Source: Bacteroidia bacterium (GTDB lineage: Bacteria > Bacteroidota > Bacteroidia > B-17B0 > Aurantibacillaceae). Taken from it: DNA of 32,774 bases. The position numbers and the translations under genes were made by a program. The DNA is taken from the NCBI GenBank assembly GCA_039919745.1, contig JBDSFC010000123.1, positions 1-32,774 of the forward strand, given 5' to 3'. Shown piece after piece: positions 18,537-28,269 of the stretch; positions within the stretch are counted from its first letter, which is position 1; every line of letters starts with the position of its first letter. The notes beneath the pieces are model-generated. The model was not told where the DNA came from, did no database searches, and worked only from the letters and a program-made list of their open reading frames with translations.

Positions 18537-18620
18537 ATCCTTTTTATTTGATAATTTCTTACTTGTGAGAATTTATCTTTTCAATCATTCAAGTAAAATA
18601 ATAACCTTAAAAAATTGAAT

Positions 18621-18923
18621 ATGTGGAATTATTTAATCGCATTTATTATGCTTTCGTGCGTATTATCAGCGCAAACGTTTAGATATAAAATTAAATTACA
18701 AAATGTAACAAATTTGCCAGAGGCGAAATACGCTACTGATCCAATGCGCAGTCTCTTTGAAACTTATCCAACTTTTAATGATTCATTGGCGATCTTTGAC
18801 TTTTCTTCCTCTGTTTTTATAGAAGAAAGCTACCTTATTAACTACATGCAAGATAAAAACTATGATGTAACTTTTTTTAGCTACGAAGCTTTAAAACCAA
18901 AAGAAAGGGAGGAAATAAAATGA
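18621..18923 (+). CDS. Hypothetical secreted protein (~100 aa)
   Basis: ATG at 18621 preferred over TTG at 18615; signal peptide ending VLSAQ; stop overlaps the next ATG (ATGA). Confidence 0.75.
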   Translation: MWNYLIAFIMLSCVLSAQTFRYKIKLQNVTNLPEAKYATDPMRSLFETYPTFNDSLAIFDFSSSVFIEESYLINYMQDKNYDVTFFSYEALKPKEREEIK

Positions 18924-19900
18924 AAACATTTTTAACCGTTTCATTAATTATTTTTTGCTGCGATTTTTTTTCGCAAAATACATGTCCACCGTCATTAGTT
19001 TGTAGTAATTACAATGGCATACCAAACGGGGCTGGTGCTGGTGGGCAAAATGGAGAGCTTTCAGCAGCAACGGATGGTTGCTTAGGAGGCGAACACAATT
19101 CTTCGTGGATAACAGTAAATATTACGATAGGTGGAACATTTGGTTTTACAATTAATCCAAACACAAATAATAATGATTTCGATTTCGCTGTTTGGGGGCC
19201 AAACTCTGCCTGTCCTCCTACAACCGCACCAATAAGGTGCTCCTATGCGGTTAATAATAATAACTTTGCGGGAAATGCAGACAATGGAAATACAGGAATA
19301 AGCACAACTATTAATTCATTACACCCTACATCTGAATCTGATAATACAGAAGGTTCAGGCGGCAATGGTTGGGTAAATTCTATTAATGTAACAGCAGGTC
19401 AGACTTATTTGATTTTAATTGACAACTTTACTACTAATAGTGGATACCAAATAGATTTTAATGGTTCGTCAAGTATTGCATGCCCTCTTCCAATTGAATT
19501 AGCGGATTTTAGCGTTGAATCAAAAGGTGAAGATAATTTTTTAAAATGGTCTACATTTTCTGAAAGAAATGCTAGTTATTATAAAATTGAAAATGCAACA
19601 GATGCTCAAAATTGGAAAGAAATAGGAATTCTACAAGCTTCAGGAAACAGTAATTCACTTCGTAGTTACTCTATGATTCACAAAAATGTAACCAAAGTAA
19701 TTAATTATTACAGGTTAACTCAATATGATTTTGATGGACAGTTCAAAGCATTTAAAATTATTGTAATAGATAACTTTAAAGGCAAGCTAACTATAGTGCG
19801 AAGAGTAAATATTGTAGGCCAGAATGTATCAAAGGATTACAAAGGTTTAAAAATTGTAACTTATTCGGATGGAAGCGTGAAAAAGATACTAAATAATTAA
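18920..19900 (+). CDS. Secreted Cys/Gly/Asn-rich protein, probable T9SS cargo with a short atypical C-terminal domain
   Basis: Signal peptide; E.NS.W...F.I.P....DFDFAVWGP domain; PLPIEL..F...L.W.T.SE.N...YYRL.Q.D.DG Ig-like module typical of Bacteroidota secreted proteins. Confidence 0.8.
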   Translation: MKTFLTVSLIIFCCDFFSQNTCPPSLVCSNYNGIPNGAGAGGQNGELSAATDGCLGGEHNSSWITVNITIGGTFGFTINPNTNNNDFDFAVWGPNSACPPTTAPIRCSYAVNNNNFAGNADNGNTGISTTINSLHPTSESDNTEGSGGNGWVNSINVTAGQTYLILIDNFTTNSGYQIDFNGSSSIACPLPIELADFSVESKGEDNFLKWSTFSERNASYYKIENATDAQNWKEIGILQASGNSNSLRSYSMIHKNVTKVINYYRLTQYDFDGQFKAFKIIVIDNFKGKLTIVRRVNIVGQNVSKDYKGLKIVTYSDGSVKKILNN

Positions 19901-19917
19901 AAAACTCTTTAAATGAC

Positions 19918-20220
19918 TTAATCAAGCATGTATATTTTTTTGACGAGCAGCATACAGATAATTATAATAATTCCTATTATCAAAACAAATTTACACTTTG
20001 AAAAAAAATATAAAATTACCATTAGGAAAGCACCAATTGCAGCTATTAAAGCGCCAGTAATAAAGGGTTTAATGATCGCAATGCTTAATTTATCCTGTAA
20101 TGTATATTCGAGTCTATAGAATTCGGAGATACATCTAACTAAACCTAAAAAAATAACAATGATCGATATACGACCAATATTTTTTTCATTTTTACTATAC
20201 CAGGTTTCTTTATTTTCCAT
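19918..20220 (-). CDS. Hypothetical membrane protein (about 3 TM)
   Basis: 100-aa ORF, ATG 3 nt after the antiporter stop; three hydrophobic stretches. Confidence 0.7.
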   Translation of the reverse strand: MENKETWYSKNEKNIGRISIIVIFLGLVRCISEFYRLEYTLQDKLSIAIIKPFITGALIAAIGAFLMVILYFFSKCKFVLIIGIIIIICMLLVKKIYMLD

Positions 20221-20223
20221 TTT

Positions 20224-21450
20224 TTAAAATTTTGCTAAAAGTTTTTTAATACTCAAACCCTGCACTAAAATCGAAAACAACACAATACAATAAGTACTTA
20301 CAATAAACAAGCTGCTGTTTTCGATTTTACCAACTAACGAAAGTGCTAAAGCAATAGATATACCTCCTCTTAAGCCTCCCCAGGTGAGCACCGCAAGGCT
20401 TAAATTTTTGTTATTTTCTTTACGGTTAAATAAAAAGAATGCTGGCAGCAACGAAATGTATCTAGACCCAAGCACTACAATAATCAATACTAATCCAACT
20501 AACAAATAACTGACATCAAAAGGCACTAAAAATACTTCAAGTCCCATTAATACAAATAATATAGTATTACAGATCTCGTCAATTAACTCCCAAAATTTAT
20601 CTACGTATTCGGCAGTAATATCAGACATAGCGTGCTTTTTCCCACTATTGCCAATTAATAAACCCGCAACAACCATTGCCAAAGGGCCAGAGGAATGGAA
20701 TTGAGAAGCGAGTGAATAGCCTCCGGTAACAACTGCAAGTGTAATTAATATTTCTGTTTGATAATGATCGATTGATTTCATAAGAATAAAACCTATATAA
20801 CCTATGAGCAAGCCAATTCCAATACCGCCAAATACTTCAACTGAAAAAACCTTTAAAACATTTCCAAAGGTAAATGCCTCTTCACCACCCGATATCAACG
20901 AAAAAATTATTGTAAAAACAACAACGCCAACACCGTCATTAAAAAGTGATTCTCCTATGATCTCCGTTTTTAATTTTTCCGGAATCTTATATTGGGATAG
21001 AATTCCTATTACAGCAATTGGATCGGTTGGAGAAATAAGGGCGCCAAATAAGAAACAATACACCAGGTCGATTTTATACCCAAACCAGCTTACAACCAAA
21101 TAAGTAAATAAGCCTATAAGAGTAGTTGAAATAATTACACCCAAAGTGGAATACGACAGAACAGTTGCCCTGGCCCCTTTTAAACTCTGCAAATTAACAT
21201 GCAGCGATCCTGCAAATAATAAAAAACATAAAATAAAATCAAGTACAAAAGCGCTAAAATCAAAACCGGTTAAAAAATCACGCAATGGCGAAATGTAAGA
21301 AGGATTTAAACTTTCAATGATCTTTAAGCTGATTCCAAGTATAACGCTAATAAGCATTACACCAATAGTTGTTGGCAGCTTTAACCATTTATGATTTACG
21401 TAACCAAAAATTGCTGAAATGGAAATTATTATAGCGGAAAAATTAAGCAT
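20224..21450 (-). CDS. CPA1/NhaP-type Na+(K+)/H+ antiporter
   Basis: LFGALISPTDPIAV, GESLFNDGVG, SGPLAMVVAGL, TWGGLRGGISIALALSL. Confidence 0.93.
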   Translation of the reverse strand: MLNFSAIIISISAIFGYVNHKWLKLPTTIGVMLISVILGISLKIIESLNPSYISPLRDFLTGFDFSAFVLDFILCFLLFAGSLHVNLQSLKGARATVLSYSTLGVIISTTLIGLFTYLVVSWFGYKIDLVYCFLFGALISPTDPIAVIGILSQYKIPEKLKTEIIGESLFNDGVGVVVFTIIFSLISGGEEAFTFGNVLKVFSVEVFGGIGIGLLIGYIGFILMKSIDHYQTEILITLAVVTGGYSLASQFHSSGPLAMVVAGLLIGNSGKKHAMSDITAEYVDKFWELIDEICNTILFVLMGLEVFLVPFDVSYLLVGLVLIIVVLGSRYISLLPAFFLFNRKENNKNLSLAVLTWGGLRGGISIALALSLVGKIENSSLFIVSTYCIVLFSILVQGLSIKKLLAKF

Positions 21451-21492
21451 AAAATTATAATATTAAATAATGTTTTATTTTGAAGCACGTTA

Positions 21493-22827
21493 CTAATCTT
21501 TGACAACAACCTGAATTTTATCCGAGTTAAGCTTTGCCTGTAGCCAATTTGTAATCTGTTTAGTATTTAGTGTCTGTTTATTGTTTTGTGTTTGGATATA
21601 TACTAAAAGTATAGTATCATTTTTTTCTGTTGAATATACCGGCGTTTTAACAATAGCAAAACCTTTTACTTCACCGTATATTGCTTTAAATTCATTGTAA
21701 ATTACAGGAGATGCCTGATCCGCCTTCTCCTTTATCAAATCACTTTCAAGTTGCTTTATTCTCTTATCCTTTGCAGTTGAAAATTGGTTTTGCTCCATTA
21801 ATTGATCTTGTAAATTTTCCTTTAGCGTAGTGAGGTCACTGGAGCTGATAGCTTCCGATTGAGCCTCCTGTATATTTATCTCCACATCATTTAAGTTGTA
21901 TTTTTCCTTATTCGCAACTATCAGTTTTTTTACGGAATCATTTATCTCATTACCATAAACTACAAGTGTAATTTTTTTATTACGAGGTTCAATGATCTTA
22001 TCAATCACATAAAATTTATGAGATTTAATTTCGCCATTAATAAACTTTAAAGTTTTTTGCCTGAATATTTCTTCATTTACGAATAGGTACGCCAGGTAAA
22101 CACTTGGAATAATTGTGAGTATAGTAATTAACCAAACAGTTTGCTTGAGCTTTTTTGCCGCCAATTCATCAATGGCTTTAACCTGTTTAAATTTTAAAAA
22201 CCTAATAATTAAAAAAGTAGATAGACTTATGAAAACAGAGTTAATAATGAATAAATAAAATGCGCCGGCAAAATACGCAAAGTTACCGCTGGCTAATCCG
22301 TAACCTGCTGTACATAGAGGTGGCATTAACGCTGTTGCTATTGCCACACCCGGAATGGCATTGCTTAAGTTTTTGCGTGTACTTGCTATTACACCGGCCA
22401 GGCCGCCAAATAAAGCTATTAGTACATCCCAGATAGTTGGCATTGTTCGCGCCAGCAATTCCGATTGAGCTTCCTGTAAAGGACTTATTAAAAAGTACAC
22501 CCATGAGGTGGTAAGACCAATTACTACAGCTACTAAAAGATTTTTTAAAGCCAGTTTAATAAGGGAAGGGTCAAAAATTCCTAATCCCAGCCCAACACCC
22601 ATAATAGGCCCCATTAGAGGAGAAATTAGCATGGCGCCAATAATAACAGCGGTAGAATTAACATTTAAACCTATTGAGGCAATAAAAATAGCGAAGATAA
22701 GCCCCCACAAATTAGTGCCTTTAAATTCTATATTTTTCTTGAGGCTTGTGATTATTTCTTCTTCACGCGCCTTATCCTCATCAAGATTAAACCTGTATTT
22801 TAAAAAATTGAGAATAGAGTTCTTCAT
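21493..22827 (-). CDS. DUF389 / TIGR00341-family membrane protein
   Basis: IASIGLNVNSTAVIIGAMLISPLMGPI, ELLART.P, IPGVAIATALMPPLCTAGYG. Confidence 0.92.
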   Translation of the reverse strand: MKNSILNFLKYRFNLDEDKAREEEIITSLKKNIEFKGTNLWGLIFAIFIASIGLNVNSTAVIIGAMLISPLMGPIMGVGLGLGIFDPSLIKLALKNLLVAVVIGLTTSWVYFLISPLQEAQSELLARTMPTIWDVLIALFGGLAGVIASTRKNLSNAIPGVAIATALMPPLCTAGYGLASGNFAYFAGAFYLFIINSVFISLSTFLIIRFLKFKQVKAIDELAAKKLKQTVWLITILTIIPSVYLAYLFVNEEIFRQKTLKFINGEIKSHKFYVIDKIIEPRNKKITLVVYGNEINDSVKKLIVANKEKYNLNDVEINIQEAQSEAISSSDLTTLKENLQDQLMEQNQFSTAKDKRIKQLESDLIKEKADQASPVIYNEFKAIYGEVKGFAIVKTPVYSTEKNDTILLVYIQTQNNKQTLNTKQITNWLQAKLNSDKIQVVVKD

Positions 22828-22898
22828 ACCTTAAAAGTATGAATTAAATATATAAATTAAGGCCATAAAAGTAATTAAAGAATAAGATTCACTACTCT

Positions 22899-23225
22899 CT
22901 ATATTACTTTATCACATTCATTCGCGCAAACTCTACACGCTTCTGCACACGTTTTACAATGGTCCATGTCTGAATGTTTTCCACATTCATCCGCACATTT
23001 GCGGCAAATTTCAGCACATTCTTTCAATAAATGCTTAGCGTGATCTGAATTTCTACTTACAAACGCTGCGGTAACCGAACAGATCTGAGCGCAATCCATA
23101 TCCAACCTGATACATTCTTTCATTTTTTGAACATCTTTTTCTTCAAGACAAGCAGTTGAGCAATTGTTGCAGGCAGAGGCGCATTCTGCCAGGACATTAA
23201 TGAGGTGTGAGTTATTGTTATTCAT
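22899..23225 (-). CDS. Four-helix-bundle copper-binding/storage protein (DUF326, Csp3/YhjQ-like)
   Basis: 108 aa with 16 Cys in CxxxC/CxxC spacing; CIRLDMDCA.IC and H..HC..CAEAC..CA..C motifs; no signal peptide. Confidence 0.9.
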   Translation of the reverse strand: MNNNNSHLINVLAECASACNNCSTACLEEKDVQKMKECIRLDMDCAQICSVTAAFVSRNSDHAKHLLKECAEICRKCADECGKHSDMDHCKTCAEACRVCANECDKVI

Positions 23226-23262
23226 TTTTTTAATTTTTAATTTATTTGAGCGATTAAATAAT

Positions 23263-23850
23263 TTACTTCTGTTCGTAATACATGTTAAATTGGTTAACAG
23301 CTGAAATTATGTTTTGTTCGCTGAAATTATATTTATCAAGTTCTGACCATACTGCCGGCTGATCTTTCATAAATGGTTTTAGAGTTTTTTTATAGAATTT
23401 GGGCGTGAGCTTTTTTAACTTCTTTAGCGAAGCATCCTCCGCTTCTGTGTCTTTGATAAAGTACACTGATTCTAAATTGCTGTTGAGATCTGCTTTTTCA
23501 CTGTACTTAAATTCGTAAAATCTTAAGCGGCCAGTAACAAGTCGTTCAATAAATAGTTTTTTGCCATTAAGATCTGCCGTCACAAAATTTTTGTCATCAT
23601 ATCCATAAGCTTTTGCTCTTTGAACTGTAAACAATTTAGTTTTTTTAGTTCTTGGCGCCTGAAAATAAAATTGCCTGTAAAAATCTTCGGTGCTTGGTGG
23701 GTTCACTTGTATTTTACCTTTAATTGTATCTCCTCTTAGGGTTACATAATAACCATTTGTTAAAATGGGTTCCATTCTTGCAACTTTGTTTACCTGGGCT
23801 GCAGCAAAAAAAGTTGCAAGTGATAGGTATAGTAGAATAAGATTTTTCAT
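23263..23850 (-). CDS. Hypothetical secreted protein
   Basis: Signal peptide ending AAAQ; GYYVT..GDTI.G.I motif common in Bacteroidota secreted hypotheticals. Confidence 0.8.
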   Translation of the reverse strand: MKNLILLYLSLATFFAAAQVNKVARMEPILTNGYYVTLRGDTIKGKIQVNPPSTEDFYRQFYFQAPRTKKTKLFTVQRAKAYGYDDKNFVTADLNGKKLFIERLVTGRLRFYEFKYSEKADLNSNLESVYFIKDTEAEDASLKKLKKLTPKFYKKTLKPFMKDQPAVWSELDKYNFSEQNIISAVNQFNMYYEQK

Positions 23851-23953
23851 AATGATTTATGTTTTGAGGAGTTAATAATAATTTTCAGGATACAATACTC
23901 ATATTCAATTTACAAATACAGCAAAATAAGTGAACTTTCGCATTTAATAATAT

Positions 23954-24310
23954 TTAATTTTCACTAAAGTCAAATAGGCTGACTCCAAATTGAAAATAAG
24001 GAACGCGCGTCTTGATATTGCTTTTTAATAGATGCACTTTTTTCCTTTTTTTATTTATTATTTTTCTAATCCTTGTTATTGAATACAAAATGGCACAATT
24101 CATATCCTTATCGCTGTATGTGATCTCAATTTTTTCTTCTTTAAATTGTACAAAAACTTTACAGAGATATTCATTTTCATCTATATGAAGGCTGATTTTG
24201 GTAAACAGGATATCAATTCCGCAAGTATTTAGAGATCTTGCTTTTTTCATCACAAAATCCTGTAGGCCTAAGCCAGGTATAAAGTTTTTTGCTTCAAGAA
24301 TTATTTTCAT
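23954..24310 (-). CDS. Divergent HPF/RaiA (S30AE) ribosome-hibernation-like protein
   Basis: From ATG 24310: MKIILEAKNF....L.DFV.KK...L, then beta-strand-like segments and D.D...AI......I.K.I.K.K, following the HPF pattern but divergent. Confidence 0.55.
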   Translation of the reverse strand: MKIILEAKNFIPGLGLQDFVMKKARSLNTCGIDILFTKISLHIDENEYLCKVFVQFKEEKIEITYSDKDMNCAILYSITRIRKIINKKRKKVHLLKSNIKTRVPYFQFGVSLFDFSEN

Positions 24311-24371
24311 ATGCAATAATTTTTATGTTTTAATAATACACGCAATATCCTAACAATAAAAACTAATTCCA

Positions 24372-24385
24372 TTGATTTATATCAA
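24372..24385. promoter_or_regulatory. FNR/Crp-type box TTGAT-TTAT-ATCAA inside a 13-bp-arm palindrome
   Basis: Perfect TTGAT-N4-ATCAA between divergent genes; TAATTTTA lies 22 nt downstream on + (24408-24415). Confidence 0.7.
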
Positions 24386-24448
24386 TGGAATTAAATAAAA
24401 ATGAATTTAATTTTAGAAAAAAGATCTTACACTATAATTTTTTAAATA

Positions 24449-24943
24449 ATGAATCGTAAATCAATACTAAAAATCATTTTTATTGTAACGCTACTGGTGT
24501 TTTTTATACTGAGCTTTAAAAATGAACATGACCCTTTGCATAAAAGAACATTTAATATTAGTTTGTCAGAATCAAAAAACGATGTTGTTTCAAAAAAAAC
24601 GATTTCAGATAAATTATATTTTAAAAACGGGAAATTATACAGTGATTTTTTAAATGAAAAGTTTGGATACAATTATATTACTTATAGAATTAATAAGGAT
24701 TCAATTTATATTGACAACACAGATGCAGAAGTAAGGTTATTAGATGTAGAAGCGGTAATGACCAATGATGAGGATCAAACTATTTTCATAAATTTTATTA
24801 CAAGCGAATGGGACATTGATGGAGTTATTAAAATAACAAAACACGATAAAATAAAGCGGTATTACGATCTTTCAGGACGAGAAAAAGGTGGCAAGCCTAA
24901 GAAGATTAAAAAGAAGAAAAAGAAAATTATTGGAACCATTTGA
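24449..24943 (+). CDS. Hypothetical exported protein with Lys-rich C-terminus
   Basis: 164 aa, ATG start, N-terminal hydrophobic segment, KPKKIKKKKKK tail. Confidence 0.75.
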   Translation: MNRKSILKIIFIVTLLVFFILSFKNEHDPLHKRTFNISLSESKNDVVSKKTISDKLYFKNGKLYSDFLNEKFGYNYITYRINKDSIYIDNTDAEVRLLDVEAVMTNDEDQTIFINFITSEWDIDGVIKITKHDKIKRYYDLSGREKGGKPKKIKKKKKKIIGTI

Positions 24944-24960
24944 AATAACCAGAATTAAAT

Positions 24961-26703
24961 TTACATAATTAATCTTACCCCTCCCAGGTCTGCAACTCTG
25001 TAAGAGAAACGATTGCCAGGGGAACCAATAAACATGAAATTTTTAGGAATATTCCATTTTTTTGATAGTTCATCAATTAATTCAGGACCAAATATTCCAT
25101 AAATTTCAAGAAACTCTATATCTATTTCCGGATAAGCCCTGTCGAGTACTTCAATATCGCGTTTAAGAGGGTCATTTGATTTTTCGTTCTGAACAACATT
25201 AATTATTTTTAATCTTTTAGTAGCCTCGTTAAATTTTATATACTGCATTACCTTATTTAATATTGCAACATCATCCCCTTTAGTAAAAAAAACAAGTTCC
25301 TGCGAATTAATTTTGAGCTCTAATTTTTTTAGATAACGATTACTGAGGTTAACTGTATTACGGAAAGGCTCATAAAAATAATTTACTACTTCCATCAGCG
25401 ATTTTACGATGTAAGCCCTGTTTAGCATTATAGTAATAAAAATGAGAGCAGGAACCATATATTTTATAAATGTAAAGAACGAAGAAAAATTTAAAACTAC
25501 ATTACCTATAAAAGCCGCTATAACCATTAAAATAGCAAACATAACAACTAAACCTCTTGCACGTTCAGGGCGCGGTAATTTCCTACGTTTTAATTTTAAT
25601 AATAAATTGCCAATTCCAAATAATGCCATTACCGCAAGAAATGAAAATGTATAAACTCCCGCCAAAGCTTCAAGGTCGCCAAGTGTAGCTAATAGGACAG
25701 AAACACTGAGGATAAAAAAAGTAATTACGATTCGGTAATTAGCACCGCGTTTGTTTTTCTTCAAAAAGAAATTTGGTAATATTCTATCAAGCGTAATTCG
25801 TTCCAGAAGTCCTGAAACACCGATAAAGGATGTTAATACGGCGCCACACAAAACCAATACGGCATCAATTGAAATGAAGATGGAAAGCCAAGAACCGCCT
25901 GTAGTTTTACCCAAATAGGAAAGTAAGGATTCTTTATGTTCACCAACTTCTGCAAGTGGAATAATGCATATAGCTAATAATGCTAATACAGGATTAAAAA
26001 AACTTACTACTGCCCACATGTTACGCAACGTTTTTGGAAATACGCCTGCTTTTTGTTCTTCTACGAAATTAGACGAACTTTCGAAGCCGGAAATACCTAA
26101 CATGGCGACACAAAAGCCAAAAAAAAGTGCATTTTTTATACTGCCTGTTGTCAATGGAAGATTCCAATTTATGTGTAATACACCTAAACCATTGTTAACA
26201 ATAAACCAAATAGAAATAACTACCAGTAAGCTAAGCGCAGTTAAATGAACGATAAAAATTGTAACAGCAACAGCAGAAGACTCACCAATGCCTAAGATAG
26301 CAAGAAATGTAAATAAAAGTAACACTACAATAGTGGCAATAGTTACATTAAGCGATTCGAAAATAGACGATAAATAATGCATCGCCTCGCTTGCCGAAAT
26401 CACGGCTGTGGCCATATAGGATAATATAGTTAAAGTTGCAGCAAGTGATGCGAAACGTTTTGTAGATGTATTTAACAATACATTATATGCGCCACCATTT
26501 AAAGGTATAGCGCCAACAACCTCTCCATAAATTTTTCGGAAGAAGAACAAAACAAGTGATACTATAAGTAAAGAAATCCACGCATATTGTCCGGCATAAA
26601 GCAAAGTTAAAGCGGATACATAGAGACATGAAGAACTTATATCATTACCGCAAATAGCCGTTGATTGTAATTCATTTAATTTTTTGTGCATTATTGTCTT
26701 CAT
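24961..26703 (-). CDS. APC-family amino acid permease with cytoplasmic C-terminal domain
   Basis: AICGNDISSSCLYV, P.NGGAY..LLN, GISGFESSSNFVEEQ..GVFPKTLRNM, DR.LP; about 12 TM. Confidence 0.9.
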   Translation of the reverse strand: MKTIMHKKLNELQSTAICGNDISSSCLYVSALTLLYAGQYAWISLLIVSLVLFFFRKIYGEVVGAIPLNGGAYNVLLNTSTKRFASLAATLTILSYMATAVISASEAMHYLSSIFESLNVTIATIVVLLLFTFLAILGIGESSAVAVTIFIVHLTALSLLVVISIWFIVNNGLGVLHINWNLPLTTGSIKNALFFGFCVAMLGISGFESSSNFVEEQKAGVFPKTLRNMWAVVSFFNPVLALLAICIIPLAEVGEHKESLLSYLGKTTGGSWLSIFISIDAVLVLCGAVLTSFIGVSGLLERITLDRILPNFFLKKNKRGANYRIVITFFILSVSVLLATLGDLEALAGVYTFSFLAVMALFGIGNLLLKLKRRKLPRPERARGLVVMFAILMVIAAFIGNVVLNFSSFFTFIKYMVPALIFITIMLNRAYIVKSLMEVVNYFYEPFRNTVNLSNRYLKKLELKINSQELVFFTKGDDVAILNKVMQYIKFNEATKRLKIINVVQNEKSNDPLKRDIEVLDRAYPEIDIEFLEIYGIFGPELIDELSKKWNIPKNFMFIGSPGNRFSYRVADLGGVRLIM

Positions 26704-26859
26704 AATATAAGTGCAATTTTACCATTTTCTAAATTACAGTTTTTAAGCGTACATCACTTAAAGTAATGGAATAAGGTGAACATCTTAATATATATAACTT
26801 AAACATTTCAGTGTCTATATTGTTTCGTATTTTTACAGCATTATAAATTAGTTTAAAAT

Positions 26860-28137
26860 ATGACCTTTCTTTTGCTGATAATTTTTATTGTGGGTTATCT
26901 TGTAATCACACTAGAGCATACTTTAAAAATTAACAAAGCAGCCACAGCTTTATTAACTGGCGTTCTTTGCTGGACAGTTTTTGCTGTTTATAATCCGGAT
27001 AAACATTTTTTAAATGAAACCCTGGCTCATCATTTAGGGGAATTATCCGGCATCTTGTTTTTTTTACTTGGCGCTATGGCGATTGTTGAATTGATAGATT
27101 CGCATGACGGATTTGATATTATAACAACACGTATTACACAAACAAATAAAGTAAAGTTATTATGGATCATTTGTATTCTTACTTTTTTTCTTTCCTCTAT
27201 TTTAGATAATCTTACAACCACAATTGTTGTTGTATCTCTTTTAAGAAAATTAATTAAGAAAGATGAAGACCGGATGTTATTCGCCGGAATGGTTGTAATT
27301 GCTGCAAATGCGGGTGGGGTATGGTCACCCATTGGCGATGTTACAACAACTATGCTTTGGATAGGCGGACAAATTACTACAAAACATATTATTTTTAAAT
27401 TATTTTTACCAAGTTTATTTTGCCTTGTTACACCTTTAATTTTTCTTTCGTTTAAATTAAAAGGTGAAGTTGAACGTCCATCAACGGACGAAAGAAAGAA
27501 CAATCAAAAGCTTTCACCGAGGCAGCAATCTATCGTTTTTTTTACCGGTGTAATAATTTTAATTTTAGTACCTGTATTTAAAACATTAACACATTTACCA
27601 CCTTATATGGGCATTTTGTTGGGCTTAGGTGTTTTATGGATTATAACAGAAATTTTACACGGTACCAAAGATGATGAGGATAAACACGTATTATCAGTTG
27701 TTTATGCGCTAAGGAAAATAGATACGCCAAGTGTGTTATTCTTCTTTGGAATTTTAGTAAGTATTGCCGCACTTCAATCTGCCGGAATACTTAGTTCATT
27801 TTCAGACTGGATGACAACTACCATTGCAAACGAGAATTTAATTGGACTTAGCTTAGGTTTACTTTCTGCAATTATAGATAATGTACCATTGGTGGCAGCT
27901 GTGCAGGGGATGTATTCATTAACTGATTATCCGGCGGATCATTATTTTTGGGAATTGCTGGCATTTTGCACAGGCACTGGTGGAAGCGCTCTTATAATTG
28001 GTTCCGCGGCGGGGGTAGCTGCAATGGGTATAGAAAAAATAGGGTTTTTTTGGTACGTTAAAAGAATAACCTTTTTAGCTTTGGCAGGATATTTTGCCGG
28101 TGCATTTATTTATATTTTGCAAAGCGAATTCTTTTAA
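26860..28137 (+). CDS. nhaD: NhaD-type Na+/H+ antiporter
   Basis: NKAA.ALL, GAM.IVE.ID.H.GF, LDNLTT, AANAGG.WSPIGDVTTTMLW, DNVPLV, GTGGS.LIIGSAAGV. Confidence 0.92.
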   Translation: MTFLLLIIFIVGYLVITLEHTLKINKAATALLTGVLCWTVFAVYNPDKHFLNETLAHHLGELSGILFFLLGAMAIVELIDSHDGFDIITTRITQTNKVKLLWIICILTFFLSSILDNLTTTIVVVSLLRKLIKKDEDRMLFAGMVVIAANAGGVWSPIGDVTTTMLWIGGQITTKHIIFKLFLPSLFCLVTPLIFLSFKLKGEVERPSTDERKNNQKLSPRQQSIVFFTGVIILILVPVFKTLTHLPPYMGILLGLGVLWIITEILHGTKDDEDKHVLSVVYALRKIDTPSVLFFFGILVSIAALQSAGILSSFSDWMTTTIANENLIGLSLGLLSAIIDNVPLVAAVQGMYSLTDYPADHYFWELLAFCTGTGGSALIIGSAAGVAAMGIEKIGFFWYVKRITFLALAGYFAGAFIYILQSEFF

Positions 28138-28269
28138 TCTTAAGTTTTTATTTTTTTTTATTCAAATATTCCATTAAACAGGTATCATCCTTTGTTCTCC
28201 CGTTTATCAAAAAGTCATCATCTGCATCAATATCTCCAATAGAAAGATTTCCGTTGTGTAAACTAATTT

